Source: Balanoglossus misakiensis (taxonomy: Eukaryota > Animalia > Hemichordata). From it: a stretch of DNA of 64,000 bases. The position numbers and the translations under genes are program-made. How positions within the stretch are numbered: the stretch's first letter is position 1; each line of letters starts with the position of its first letter. The stretch spans positions 19,701,028 through 19,765,027 of the forward strand of contig CM082576.2 of assembly GCA_040954595.2 (NCBI GenBank). Direction: 5' to 3'. The notes beneath the pieces were generated by a model. The model was not told where the DNA came from, made no database searches, and was given only the letters and a program-made list of their open reading frames with translations. Positions 1 through 12,615 of the stretch are shown one piece after another.

Positions 1-780
1 GCATAATGAGGCAGTGAACACTGGAGGACCAGACCTACACATTAACCAATCAGGGAGCTGTAAAGTGAATAATACATAGTAATAAGACCTAACCTACAAG
101 GTCTAGTGAATAATACATAATAATAAGACCTAACACATAAGGTCCCTCCAATCACCGTGCCTCAAGTGGACCTAAGATTACCAGATGGACCAATCACAGA
201 TGTCGGTACATATGTCATGGACCTGACTTATGAAACAGGACCGTTCAGAACTACCTAGTCTATGCCCGGCAGTGTTCTGTTCGCTTTGCTTCCAAAACTA
301 ATGTCTGGCCTCACTCATGCCACTTGCCCAATAAACTAATACCCCTTGCTGGGAATTATGATGTAACTAGCGTCGCTTTGAAGCCTATCACATTACTGAA
401 CAGTGTTGATTTGGTGTAAGATTATAGTGAAGGCAGGGCTTATTACATTGAAAATGCTACCCAACCTTAATTACACGTATGTATATCCTTTGTCTAATCA
501 TTGGAAAAACAATGTACATGTACCAAAGACTAAGTAGCTATTTGAAGGTGAATCGCAAGTGGGCACTTTTATTACTTAACCTCAAGCAGTCGGTTAGCTA
601 CCGTATACTAAGACAAACATTCCTGGTGTAATTAACATCACTGTCATTAGTAATATCTATCTCCAATCAGTATCAGTTCTGCCTTTATGTTATTTTAAGT
701 CAATTGTCAAGGTTCATGTACATATATTACAGCTTAACTGTCTTGTCAAAAACTTACGCATGTACATGTACCTAATTCTA

Positions 781-1987
781 GGCTTACCTGTAGGGTTAGA
801 GATACAGTGTTTTATATTAATATGCATTAATATGAAACTAAAATTTGATGGTTAATTTAAGACCCCCCTGAGCAATGGTAACCTCGTTAAATATGTGCAT
901 ATCTAATTCTAGGCTATTCAGCTGAAGTAGAAACCTGGACATGGACAACTTCGGGGTCAAAATCTTTTGACAAACATTTGTGTGATCTTGGGTAAACTTT
1001 GACCTACATTCCTATATTTTAGCATCCGGAGCAGATACAACCTTGACACTTGGAGTGATGGAACTATTTGATTGAGTATTATGTCTTGCCTCATTAATTA
1101 TGTACTTACCTAATGCCAGCCTAACCAATAGGGCTGGAAGTCTGGCTTTTTGGACATGATAAATTTGAGATCAACATTTTTCTACAGCAGCCAGCCTTCT
1201 CTTAAAAAGAATGGACAATATAAAGGCTTTGATGGTATACTGAACTTTTGACTCCCTCCCTGAGACTGTGTGCCAATGACGGGATAGCCTACTCAGCGTT
1301 GGGTAGATCCTAAGAAGGCCTCAGCCAGGCATCAAATACAAAAAGCGGAAATCCAAGCTTTAATGGTGGGTTACATCGTTAACTTCCCTGCAGAGCTGAT
1401 TTCTCAGACTGTGAGCCAATGACGGGTAAAGCCCCTAGGTAGGGGCCACCTAAGACAGGCCGGTCATGCTTTAATCACAAAGAAGGGCAAGTTTAGTCTT
1501 ACCACAACTTTGTCTGCTGTATATGCTTCATAAAGATTGCAGAGTATTTTGAGAATACATTGTGTTAAGGCAGTGTGACCAGCTAAAAAGTACTGGCAAA
1601 CACAGCCAATGTGTAATGAAAAACATCTAATTTGGCTGAATAAAAGACATAAAACACAGCAAAAGCACTGTGACTAGCTGAGACATAATACTCCATTATG
1701 CAGTTCCATCACTCCAAGTGTCAGGGATGTATCTGTGCCGGATGCCAAGATATAGGAATGTAGGTCAAAGTTTACCCAAGATCACCCAACATTTTGTCAA
1801 AAGATTTTGACCCCAAAGTTGTCCATGTCCAGGTTTCTACCGCAACTGGATAGCCTAGAATTAGATATGTACATATTTAATGAGGTTACCATGGATCAAG
1901 GCAGTCCTAAGTAAACCATCAAATTTTTAGTTTCATGTTAATTCATGTTAATATAAAACGCTGTATCTCTAACCCACTGGTATGCCA
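781..1987. repeat. Diverged inverted repeat pair (arms ~781-1066 and ~1702-1987) from a repeat family also present at 45.1-47.0 kb
   Basis: Blocks such as gtagaaacctggacatggacaac and cacttggagtgatggaact in the left arm appear reverse-complemented in the right arm. Motifs gcatatctaattc and tttgacc are shared with the 45-47 kb repeats. Confidence 0.8.
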
Positions 1988-4450
1988 TTCTGTGTTTCAT
2001 GCTATCCAATATGGGTAAGTAGGTAAAAAGTCACCCTAGGCCATTTGAAATTTTGCTGAAAAAATCTCGTCTCTTACATATGTACATTTGGTAAAAGGGA
2101 AATTTTAATCACGGAGTAGAACATATTCATAAAAAATATTTGAGGGAAAGAAGGAAGTTTTTCATAGCTTTGGTGCGTCAAATAGTAGAGAGGTTCCCTT
2201 GTTATCCTTAGACTCAAACTCAGAGTTTCCAATCTTTCAGTATTTTCATGATATTACTTTCCATCTTAGATTTGTTCATCTAAACAAACTGACTGATAGG
2301 TATACATGAACATTTTATTGACTAATGAATGTGCCTGTATGTTGCAATTTAAAGAAGTCAGATATTAAACGAGCGCCACACCTGTTTTAATCAGCCTCCA
2401 TATGGAGGATACACATCGCAGAGAGATGACAAACCCCATGCAAATTCAAGTAATATGGCTCAATGGTGCTGATTTTAAAGGATAGGTGGATGATTTGAAA
2501 AATGTTATTGTGGAAAAAGATGTGTAAAATTTGGCAGCTTGTGAGGCTTTAATTGTAAAATCTTTGAAATGTGTTTTACTCTTTAGGTCCAATTTTGTAT
2601 ATGTCAATATACCATTGGGACCAATGTGAAATTGTTCTAAACTCAGAAACTCAAGAAGGTACTGGTCAGATTGCTTTAGAAATTGGTGTGTATTTATGTT
2701 ATTGAGACTTTATACAGATTTTATTTTTCATTTTTGAAGTATATTTTTGGGGTGATTTTGGTCGTCATATACTCAGAAACCTCTACCCACATTTTTTTTA
2801 AAATTTGGTTTGCATGTTCTTAGGTGTGATTTTATGACAATTTAACAAACCCAGTGATGGAAGTGACAATATTGTTTTTTTTTTTTTTTGGCAATTTCTG
2901 CCATTTTTGTCTGATTGCTTTGCAATTTAGTTTGCAGTTTCTAGGGAATTCTTACTGTGGTGCACAAAATTCACAAAGGTGATTTACTATCCTCATGCGC
3001 TTTGTTGAACTGGCACCCTGTTGCAAAACAGACATTACAACACTCTTTGAATTGAATTCATAGCTACCAATTTTTCGGGGGTGTAGCACCTTTTTTATGC
3101 CTAAAACTTTGATCGAGAACTTCAAATTAAATGCAACCCTCCAAATATTTGCAATATTTCAGGTATAATGATTTAATTTTAAAGCATAAATTTTGATGTA
3201 TTCATAATCATTAAGAGAAACACATTTTGAAAATAGAATATTAATCACACTAGCAGTCATAATACTTTTGAATCATCACTAAAGAACATATAGAAAAATT
3301 AAACAGGTTTTAATTATTTATATTTGAACGCAAAGCGTAAATTCCCTTGTGCCATGGAATTGACAATCTGCAACTGGTGGGGTCCTTCTGCCAGTAAAAA
3401 GCATCAGATAAATTCTGCATGCTCATCACCGAGGCAATTTAGGTGTACTTTTGTACTTTGAGAACTGTCGGTTTTCGCAACTGAAACTATGTTCACAGGA
3501 CAGAGGAAAAACTAGAATGACAACAGCTATGTAAGCTAACAAAAGGAACACAGAGCATAGTTCTCCATACTCACATTTTAATGCAATAATTTTTGCTGAA
3601 ACTGGGGCGTCCGTGGGCAGGCAAAGGCAGTTCTAACTCGACTTGCAAATAAGGCCCATGTCTCTTGTTCGCTGAGATTGTCTGGTTCTAATAATAGCTG
3701 TAAGAACTTGATCATTGACCGAACTGTTGGTTCAATTTTGCAACATTTTATGATTTCAAGCTGTGCAATATTTGCAACTCAGTTTCAACTTTGGTTGGAG
3801 GGATGATGATGAAGCCATTTCACTGACAAAATAGCGCTACTGACTGATGTCAATGTTTGTTTACAGTCGAATGCATTGCCATCATAAAAATACATGTGAG
3901 AAATTTCTTATGTGTATGATACACACTTTTGTGCATGACTGCAAACTCTGTTACAGTTGTGAAATTCTAAGGGTTGAATTCATTGGGTAGAATTCATGTT
4001 TTTTGGATTCTTAAACAACCAGTCACGAAAGCTAAGTGGTTACCTCAGAGAAACTGTGTTAAATTTGGTCATCAATTGCTTTAAATCACACAAGACATTC
4101 CCAGAGCTAAAGTTACTGCAGCAGTCAGTTTCAACTCAGCTTGCAAATTGGGATCATGTCTTGTGTTCATCAAGACTGTCTGTAGTCGAGTTGACAGTCC
4201 TATGGGGTCAATGATGAACCTACAAATGTTCTTTCCAATGAAATTGTTATAAATCTAATATTCAGGATTTGCATTCATACCTTAAACAATATAACTGTAT
4301 TGCAAATATGGCAACTCTTCTAAGTTACATTGGAACACCTTCTCGCCACTGTTTGTGCCAAAATGGTGAATAAGCTTTCATTTTCAAGCCTTAACATAGG
4401 CACCCAAAACAAGACAACAGCATTTCAAATATGGCATTTTTTGTTCAACT

Positions 4451-5108
4451 CTTCTCATTTGCATAGTCCAAAATGGCCGCCAAACTCCACTAACATGTAA
4501 ATTTCCTATGGTCGTCTTAAATAGCGTGTAGTATCGCATTTGAAGGGTTTTCATCAATATGGGTACCTAAAACAATTTCAACGTGGTTGACATTGCAATG
4601 TTAGACAGCTGTTCTAATTTGCATAATCTAGAATGGCCGACAAACTTCTCTAACATGTAAATTTACTATGGTTGTCTTTAATAGTGTGTAATATCGCATT
4701 TGCAGGGTTTTCATCAATATGGGTACCTAAAACAATTTCAACGTCGTTGACATGGCAATATTAGACAGCTGTTCTAATTTGCATAATCCAAAATGGCCAC
4801 CAAACTCTTCTTAAATGTAAATTTCCCTGTTTTGTCTTATATGGTGCCTAAAATCGCATTTGCAGGGTTTTCATCAATATGGGTAACTAAAACAATTTCA
4901 GCATGGTTGACATGGCAATATTAGACAACTGTTCTAATTTGCATAATCCAAAATGGCTGACAAACTTCTCTAACATGTAAATTTCCCTGGTTTGTCTTAT
5001 ATGGTGTGTAATATCGCATTTTCACGGTTTTAATTAATATGGGTACCTAAAACAATTTCAACGTGGTTGACATGGCAATATTAGACAACTGTTCTAATTT
5101 GCATAATT
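4451..5108. repeat. Tandem repeat, 160-bp unit, about 4 copies
   Basis: The aatggc anchor recurs at ~4472, 4632, 4792 and 4952. Each unit contains atttgcat and caatatgggtacctaaaacaatttca. Confidence 0.9.
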
Positions 5109-5716
5109 CGAACACCTGCTGGATAATTTAATTTTTGCCCTTCTTGTCCCATGATTATATGTGTAATATCTCATTTTCAATGTGTTTACATGTATATATG
5201 CAGAATCCATTTCAAACTAAGTGGGCATATTGTAGCGCCAATCTTATTTCTTAATCCGCACCACAGAACTGATGCAAGGTTTAGGACTGGAAATGTATGT
5301 GGCCATTGGCCGACACCCCGGGCGAGAGGTCTCCAATTATTTTCAGCACGTAGTGTGCTTCCCGGTTGATAACATCAATATGTGTAAATGCCAAAAACCC
5401 GACCTATTGTAATACCAGTCAAATTTTCTTTTTCATTTACCATTTTTCTCTTGCATATGAAGGTTTTTCTTAAAGAGTACATACCCATATACATTTGTAT
5501 GGGAGCACACATCCCCATCCCCTGCCAACAATAATTGGACAACTTTATTCTTCTTATACTTCTTTTTAGTCTAAACATTCATATAGAGAAGGCAACATGT
5601 TCTTGAAGCTGCTGACTATGGAAATATGATGAAGTACATTTTCCTAGTTGTACATGTACAGTATGATAGGCCCAATGTACCAATTGGAGATGTGTGCCTT
5701 ACAGGCAACATACATG

Positions 5717-8700
5717 TAGCTCTGCATGGGCTGGTTAATCAATGTTGACGCAAAGGTTGACCCTACCAAACACTCAAAATTAATGGGCACGACACTGGCC
5801 ACTAGCTCTGCATGGCCTGGTTAATCAATGTTGACGCAAAGGTTGACCCCACCAAACACTCAAAATTGATGGGCACGACACTGGCCACTAGCTCTGCATG
5901 GCCTGGTTAATCAATGTTGACGCAAAGGTTGACCCCACCAAACACTCAAAATTGATGGGCACGACACTGGCCACTAGCTCTGCATGGCCTGGTTAATCAA
6001 TGTTGACGCAAAGGTTGACCCCACCAAACACTCAAAATTGATGGGCACGACACTGGCCACTAGCTCTGCATGGCCTGGTTAATCAATGTTGACGCAAAGG
6101 TTGACCCCACCAAACACTCAAAATTGATGGGCACGACACTGGCCACTAGCTCTGCATGGCCTGGTTAATCAATGTTGACGCAAAGGTTGACCCCACCAAA
6201 CACTCAAAATTGATGGGCACGACACTGGCCACTAGCTCTGCATGGCCTGGTTAATCAATGTTGACGCAAAGGTTGACCCCACCAAACACTCAAAATTGAT
6301 GGGCACGACACTGGCCACTAGCTCTGCATGGCCTGGTTAATCAATGTTGACGCAAAGGTTGACCCCACCAAACACTCAAAATTGATGGGCACGACACTGG
6401 CCACTAGCTCTGCATGGCCTGGTTAATCAATGTTGACGCAAAGGTTGACCCCACCAAACACTCAAAATTGATGGGCACGACACTGGCCACTAGCTCTGCA
6501 TGGCCTGGTTAATCAATGTTGACGCAAAGGTTGACCCCACCAAACACTCAAAATTGATGGGCACGACACTGGCCACTAGCTCTGCATGGCCTGGCTAATC
6601 AAGGTTGACGCAAAGGTTGACCCCACCAAACACTCAAAATTGATGGGCACGACACTGGCCCCTAGCTCTGCATGGCCTGGCTAATCAAGGTTGACGCAAA
6701 GGTTGACCCCACCAAACACTCAAAATTAATGGGCACGACACTGGCCACTAGCTCTGCATGGCCTGGTTAATCAATGTTGACGCAAAGGTTGACCCCACCA
6801 AACACTCAAAATTGATGGGCACGACACTGGCCACTAGCTCTGCATGGCCTGGTTAATCAATGTTGACGCAAAGGTTGACCCCACCAAACACTCAAAATTG
6901 ATGGGCACGACACTGGCCACTAGCTCTGCATGGCCTGGTTAATCAATGTTGATGCAAAGGTTGACCCCACCAAACACTCAAAATTGATGGGCACGACACT
7001 GGCCACTAGCTCTGCATGGCCTGGTTAATCAATGTTGACGCAAAGGTTGACCCCACCAAACACTCAAAATTGATGGGCACGACACTGGCCACTAGCTCTG
7101 CATGGCCTGGTTAATCAATGTTGACGCAAAGGTTGACCCCACCAAACACTCAAAATTGATGGGCACGACACTGGCCACTAGCTCTGCATGGCCTGGTTAA
7201 TCAATGTTGACGCAAAGTTGACCCCACCAAACACTCAAAATTGATGGGCACGACACTGGCCACTAGCTCTGCATGGCCTGGTTAATCAATGTTGACGCAA
7301 AGGTTGACCCCACCAAACACTCAAAATTGATGGGCACGACACTGGCCACTAGCTCTGCATGGCCTGGTAAATCAATGTTGACGCAAAGGTTGACCCCACC
7401 AAACACTCAAAATTGATGGGCACGACACTGGCCACTAGCTCTGCATGGCCTGGTTAATCAATGTTGACGCAAAGGTTGACCCCACCAAACACTCAAAATT
7501 AATGGGCACGACACTGGCCACTAGCTCTGCATGGCCTGGTTAATCAATGTTGACGCAAAGGTTGACCCCACCAAACACTCAAAATTGATGGGCACGACAC
7601 TGGCCCCTAGCTCTGCATGGCCTGGCTAATCAAGGTTGACGCAAAGGTTGACCCCACCAAACACTCAAAATTAATGGGCGCGACACTGGCCACTAGCTCT
7701 GGCCTGGCTCATCAATGTTGACGCAAAGGTTGACCCCACCAAACACTCAAAATTGATGGGCACGACACTGGCCACTAGCTCTGGCCTGGCTAATCAAGGT
7801 TGACGCAAGGGTTGACCCCACCAAACACTCAAAATTAATGGGCGCAACACTGGCCACTAAGCTCTGGCCTGGCTAATCAATGTTGACGCAGGGGTTGACC
7901 CCACCAAACACTCAAAATTGATGGGCACGACACTGGCCACTAGCTCTGCATGGCCTGGTTAATCAATGTTGACGCAAAGGTTGACCCCACCAAACACTCA
8001 AAATTGATGGGCACGACACTGGCCACTAGCTCTGCATGGCCTGGTTAATCAATGTTGACGCAAAGGTTGACCCCACCAAACACTCAAAATTGATGGGCAC
8101 GACACTGGCCACTAGCTCTGCATGGCCTGGTTAATCAATGTTGACGCAAAGGTTGACCCCACCAAACACTCAAAATTGATGGGCACGACACTGGCCACTA
8201 GCTCTGCATGGCCTGGTTAATCAATGTTGACGCAAAGGTTGACCCCACCAAACACTCAAAATTAATGGGCACGACACTGGCCACTAGCTCTGCATGGCCT
8301 GGTTAATCAATGTTGACGCAAAGGTTGACCCCACCAAACACTCAAAATTGATGGGCACGACACTGGCCACTAGCTCTGCATGGCCTGGCTAATCAAGGTT
8401 GACGCAAAGGTTGACCCCACCAAACACTCAAAATTGATGGGCACGACACTGGCCCCTAGCTCTGCATGGCCTGGCTAATCAAGGTTGACGCAAAGGTTGA
8501 CCCCACCAAACACTCAAAATTAATGGGCACGACACTGGCCACTAGCTCTGCATGGCCTGGTTAATCAATGTTGACGCAAAGGTTGACCCCACCAAACACT
8601 CAAAATTGATGGGCACGACACTGGCCACTAGCTCTGCATGGCCTGGTTAATCAATGTTGACGCAAAGGTTGACCCCACCAAACACTCAAAATTGATGGGC

Positions 8701-10913
8701 ACGACACTGGCCACTAGCTCTGCATGGCCTGGTTAATCAATGTTGACGCAAAGGTTGACCCCACCAAACACTCAAAATTGATGGGCACGACACTGGCCAC
8801 TAGCTCTGCATGGCCTGGTTAATCAATGTTGACGCAAAGGTTGACCCCACCAAACACTCAAAATTGATGGGCACGACACTGGCCACTAGCTCTGCATGGC
8901 CTGGTTAATCAATGTTGACGCAAAGGTTGACCCCACCAAACACTCAAAATTGATGGGCACGACACTGGCCACTAGCTCTGCATGGCCTGGTTAATCAATG
9001 TTGCCGCAAAGTTGACCCCACCAAACACTCAAAATTGATGGGCACGACACTGGCCACTAGCTCTGCATGGCCTGGTTAATCAATGTTGACGCAAAGGTTG
9101 ACCCCACCAAACACTCAAAATTGATGGGCACGACACTGGCCACTAGCTCTGCATGGCCTGGTTAATCAATGTTGACGCAAAGGTTGACCCCACCAAACAC
9201 TCAAAATTGATGGGCACGACACTGGCCACTAGCTCTGCATGGCCTGGTTAATCAATGTTGACGCAAAGGTTGACCCCACCAAACACTCAAAATTAATGGG
9301 CACGACACTGGCCACTAGCTCTGCATGGCCTGGTTAATCAATGTTGACGCAAAGGTTGACCCCACCAAACACTCAAAATTGATGGGCACGACACTGGCCC
9401 CTAGCTCTGCATGGCCTGGCTAATCAAGGTTGACGCAAAGGTTGACCCCACCAAACACTCAAAATTAATGGGCGCGACACTGGCCACTAGCTCTGGCCTG
9501 GCTCATCAATGTTGACGCAAAGGTTGACCCCACCAAACACTCAAAATTGATGGGCACGACACTGGCCACTAGCTCTGGCCTGGCTAATCAAGGTTGACGC
9601 AAGGGTTGACCCCACCAAACACTCAAAATTAATGGGCGCAACACTGGCCACTAAGCTCTGGCCTGGCTAATCAATGTTGACGCAGGGGTTGACCCCACCA
9701 AACACTCATAATTGATGGGCACGACACTGGCCACTAGCTCTGGCCTGGCTAATCAAGGTTGACGCAAGGGTTGACCCCACCAAACACTCAAAATTTATGG
9801 GCACGACACTGGCCACTAAGCTCTGGCCTGGTTAATCAATGTTGACGCAAAGGTTGACCCCACCAAACACTCAAAATTAATGGGCACGACACTGGCCACT
9901 AAGCTCTGGCCTGGTTAATCAATGTTGACGCAAAGGTTGACCCCACCAAACAAAATTAATGGGCACGACACTGGCCACTAAGCTCTGGCCTGGTTAATCA
10001 ATGTTGACGCAAAGGTTGACCCCACCAAACACACAAAATTAATGGGCACGACACTGGCCACTAGCTCTGCATGGCCTGGTTTATCAATGTTGACGCAAAG
10101 GTTGACCCCACCAAACACTCAAAATTGATGAGCACGACACTGGCCACTAGCTCTGCATGGCCTGATTAATCAATGTTGACGCAAAGGTTGACCCCACCAA
10201 ACACTCAAAATTAATGGGCACGACACTGGCCACTAGCTCTGCATGGCCTGGTTAATCAATGTTGACGCAAAGGTTGACCCCACCAAACACTCAAAATTAA
10301 TGGGCACGACACTGGCCACTAGCTCTGCATGGCCTGGTTTATCAATGTTGACGCAAAGGTTGACCCCACCAAACACTCAAAATTGATGGGCACGACACTG
10401 GCCACTAGCTCTGCATGGCCTGGTTAATCAATGTTGACGCAAAGGTTGACCCCACCAAACACTCAAAATTAATGGGCACGACACTGGCCACTAGCTCTGC
10501 ATGGCCTGGTTTATCAATGTTGACGCAAAGGTTGACCCCACCAAACACTCAAAATTGATGGGCACGACACTGGCCACTAGCTCTGCATGGCCTGGTTAAT
10601 CAATGTTGACGCAAAGGTTGACCCCACCAAACACTCAAAATTAATGGGCACGACACTGGCCACTAAGCTCTGGCCTGGCTAATCCAGGTTGACGCAAGGG
10701 TTAACCCCACCAAACACTCAAAATTAATGGGCGCGACACTGGCCACTAAGCTCTGGCCTGGCTAATCAATGTTGACGCAGGGGTTGACCCCACCAAACAC
10801 TCATAATTGATGGGCACGACACTGGCCACTAGCTCTGGCCTGGCTAATCAAGGTTGACGCAAGGGTTGACCCCACCAAACACTCAAAATTTATGGGCACG
10901 ACACTGGCCACTA
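5717..10913. repeat. 86-bp satellite array, left part (about 60 units)
   Basis: Unit tagctctgcatggcctggttaatcaatgttgacgcaaaggttgaccccaccaaacactcaaaattgatgggcacgacactggccac, with starts at 6061 and 6147. Minor 82-83-bp variants lack gcat. Confidence 0.98.
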
Positions 10914-10920
10914 CCCTTAC

Positions 10921-11450
10921 CAAAATCGGGTGCACCCGAAAGGCACCCGAAAGAACACACCCCGGGTGCACCTTTGGTGGCACCCGAAACACACCCCTCA
11001 GAACACACCCGAAACCACCTTAAATTGGTCACTTTAGGTGTGTTTCGGGTGTACAAAACAGGTGCATTATAGGTGCACCCAAAAGGCACCCGAAATAGAA
11101 CACACCCGAGGTGCACCTTAGGTGGCACCTAAAACACACCCGTATGATATGGTATGGATGCACCCGAAACGCACCCGGAACAGCATACTCCGGGTGCACT
11201 TTAGGTGGCACCTAAAACACACCCGTATGATATGGTATGGATGCACCCGAAACGCACCCGGAACAGCATACTCCGGGTGCACTTTAGGTGGCACCTAAAA
11301 CACACCCATATGATATACTATAGTGCACCTGGAGTATGCTGTTCCGGGTGCGTTTCGGGTGCATCCATAATATGTATATGGATGCACCTGAAACGCACCC
11401 GGAACAGCATACTCCAGGTGCACTTAAGGTGGCACCGAAAACACACCTGT
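10921..11450. repeat. Left subterminal repeat region of the EnSpm element (GGTGCACC palindromes, GGCACCYRAAACACACCC motifs, 75-bp tandem units)
   Basis: Repeated gggtgcaccc and ggcacctaaaacacaccc. The same motif is inverted at the right end. Confidence 0.85.
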
Positions 11451-12615
11451 GATACAGTGTTGGTGTATTATTGGCACGCACCTGCAGAAGATCTGATAAA
11501 GGGACTATTGAAAAATGAATATTTTATATGGTACTCTTTATTTACCCCTGAGTTGTCAATCCTTCAATGACAAGGATGACATGAGCAACCTTGTACACAC
11601 CAGAAACAACATGAAATGGTCATTACATTTGAAAAAGTTAAACTCTGCTTTTGCATGGTATATATAAATATAATGATATAAATATATAGTTATCTGTTCT
11701 GATTGTCCAAACAATCCTTTACACACAGTAAAAAGGTAAATATAATGCTTGATGGCTCTTGATAAACTGCGTTATGTGTAGTATATATAAATATAAATGA
11801 TATAAATATATAGTTATAAAACTTCTGATTGTGATGTAAATCTTCACACAATGGAAAAGATGCTTTGAGTAAAACCTTGGCTCACACTTTCACAAGAATG
11901 TAATACGGGATGGAACTGAAAAATGTAGCAAAATATTGACCCGTGGAAACTGCTACATTTGAAATATAATTATGACTAAAATACATTAAAGTATTCCCTA
12001 ATATTTAAAAAATTATGACATATTTTCATGTTGTTACAATGAACTTTAAACTACTTAAAACTCACTACTATTACACACTATTATTCTCCCTCACTTTTAA
12101 GAACTTGAGTATCCCTTTCAAATAACAAATCATCTTATTATTATTATGTTGTGCAAAATTGACAATGTTTACTAAGACTTTAAAACATTGGTAAATGTAT
12201 AAGGAAACTCCTGTGACAAAAAGACAATTTCTACTTCTAAGTGTGGACAGTCTGTGCCTTAAAATCTGTGCCTTAAAATTTATAACTACAAAAATGAATC
12301 ATAACAATAAAAAAATAAAAAAAAAACATTTCACTGTGTTTTAGATGCATGGTAACATACAAGAAATACATGAGAAGTTTACATGGTAAAATAGATTAGC
12401 AAAATTGTTTTATAGAGTATACCATTGCACAACTGGCAGACAACTAATATGACAAAGCAACTTAGACCTGGCATTGTTTTTAATTGGCAAGATAGAAGCT
12501 AGAACAAGCTGTAGGCTGAACGAAGGAGTACTGAACAAGTCATGACTGACCTTGATACAAACAATTTTGTATCTTCTGAGTACTGTTGGAGGCTAGAAAT
12601 GTCAGGAGCTCCTGC

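Noticed and set aside
5717-10913. CRISPR array
   Set aside because: Monomers are contiguous and near-identical with no unique spacers, there are no cas genes, and the context is eukaryotic.
10801-11570. Several short ORFs at the satellite/transposon junction
   Set aside because: They are translations of satellite and subterminal repeats.
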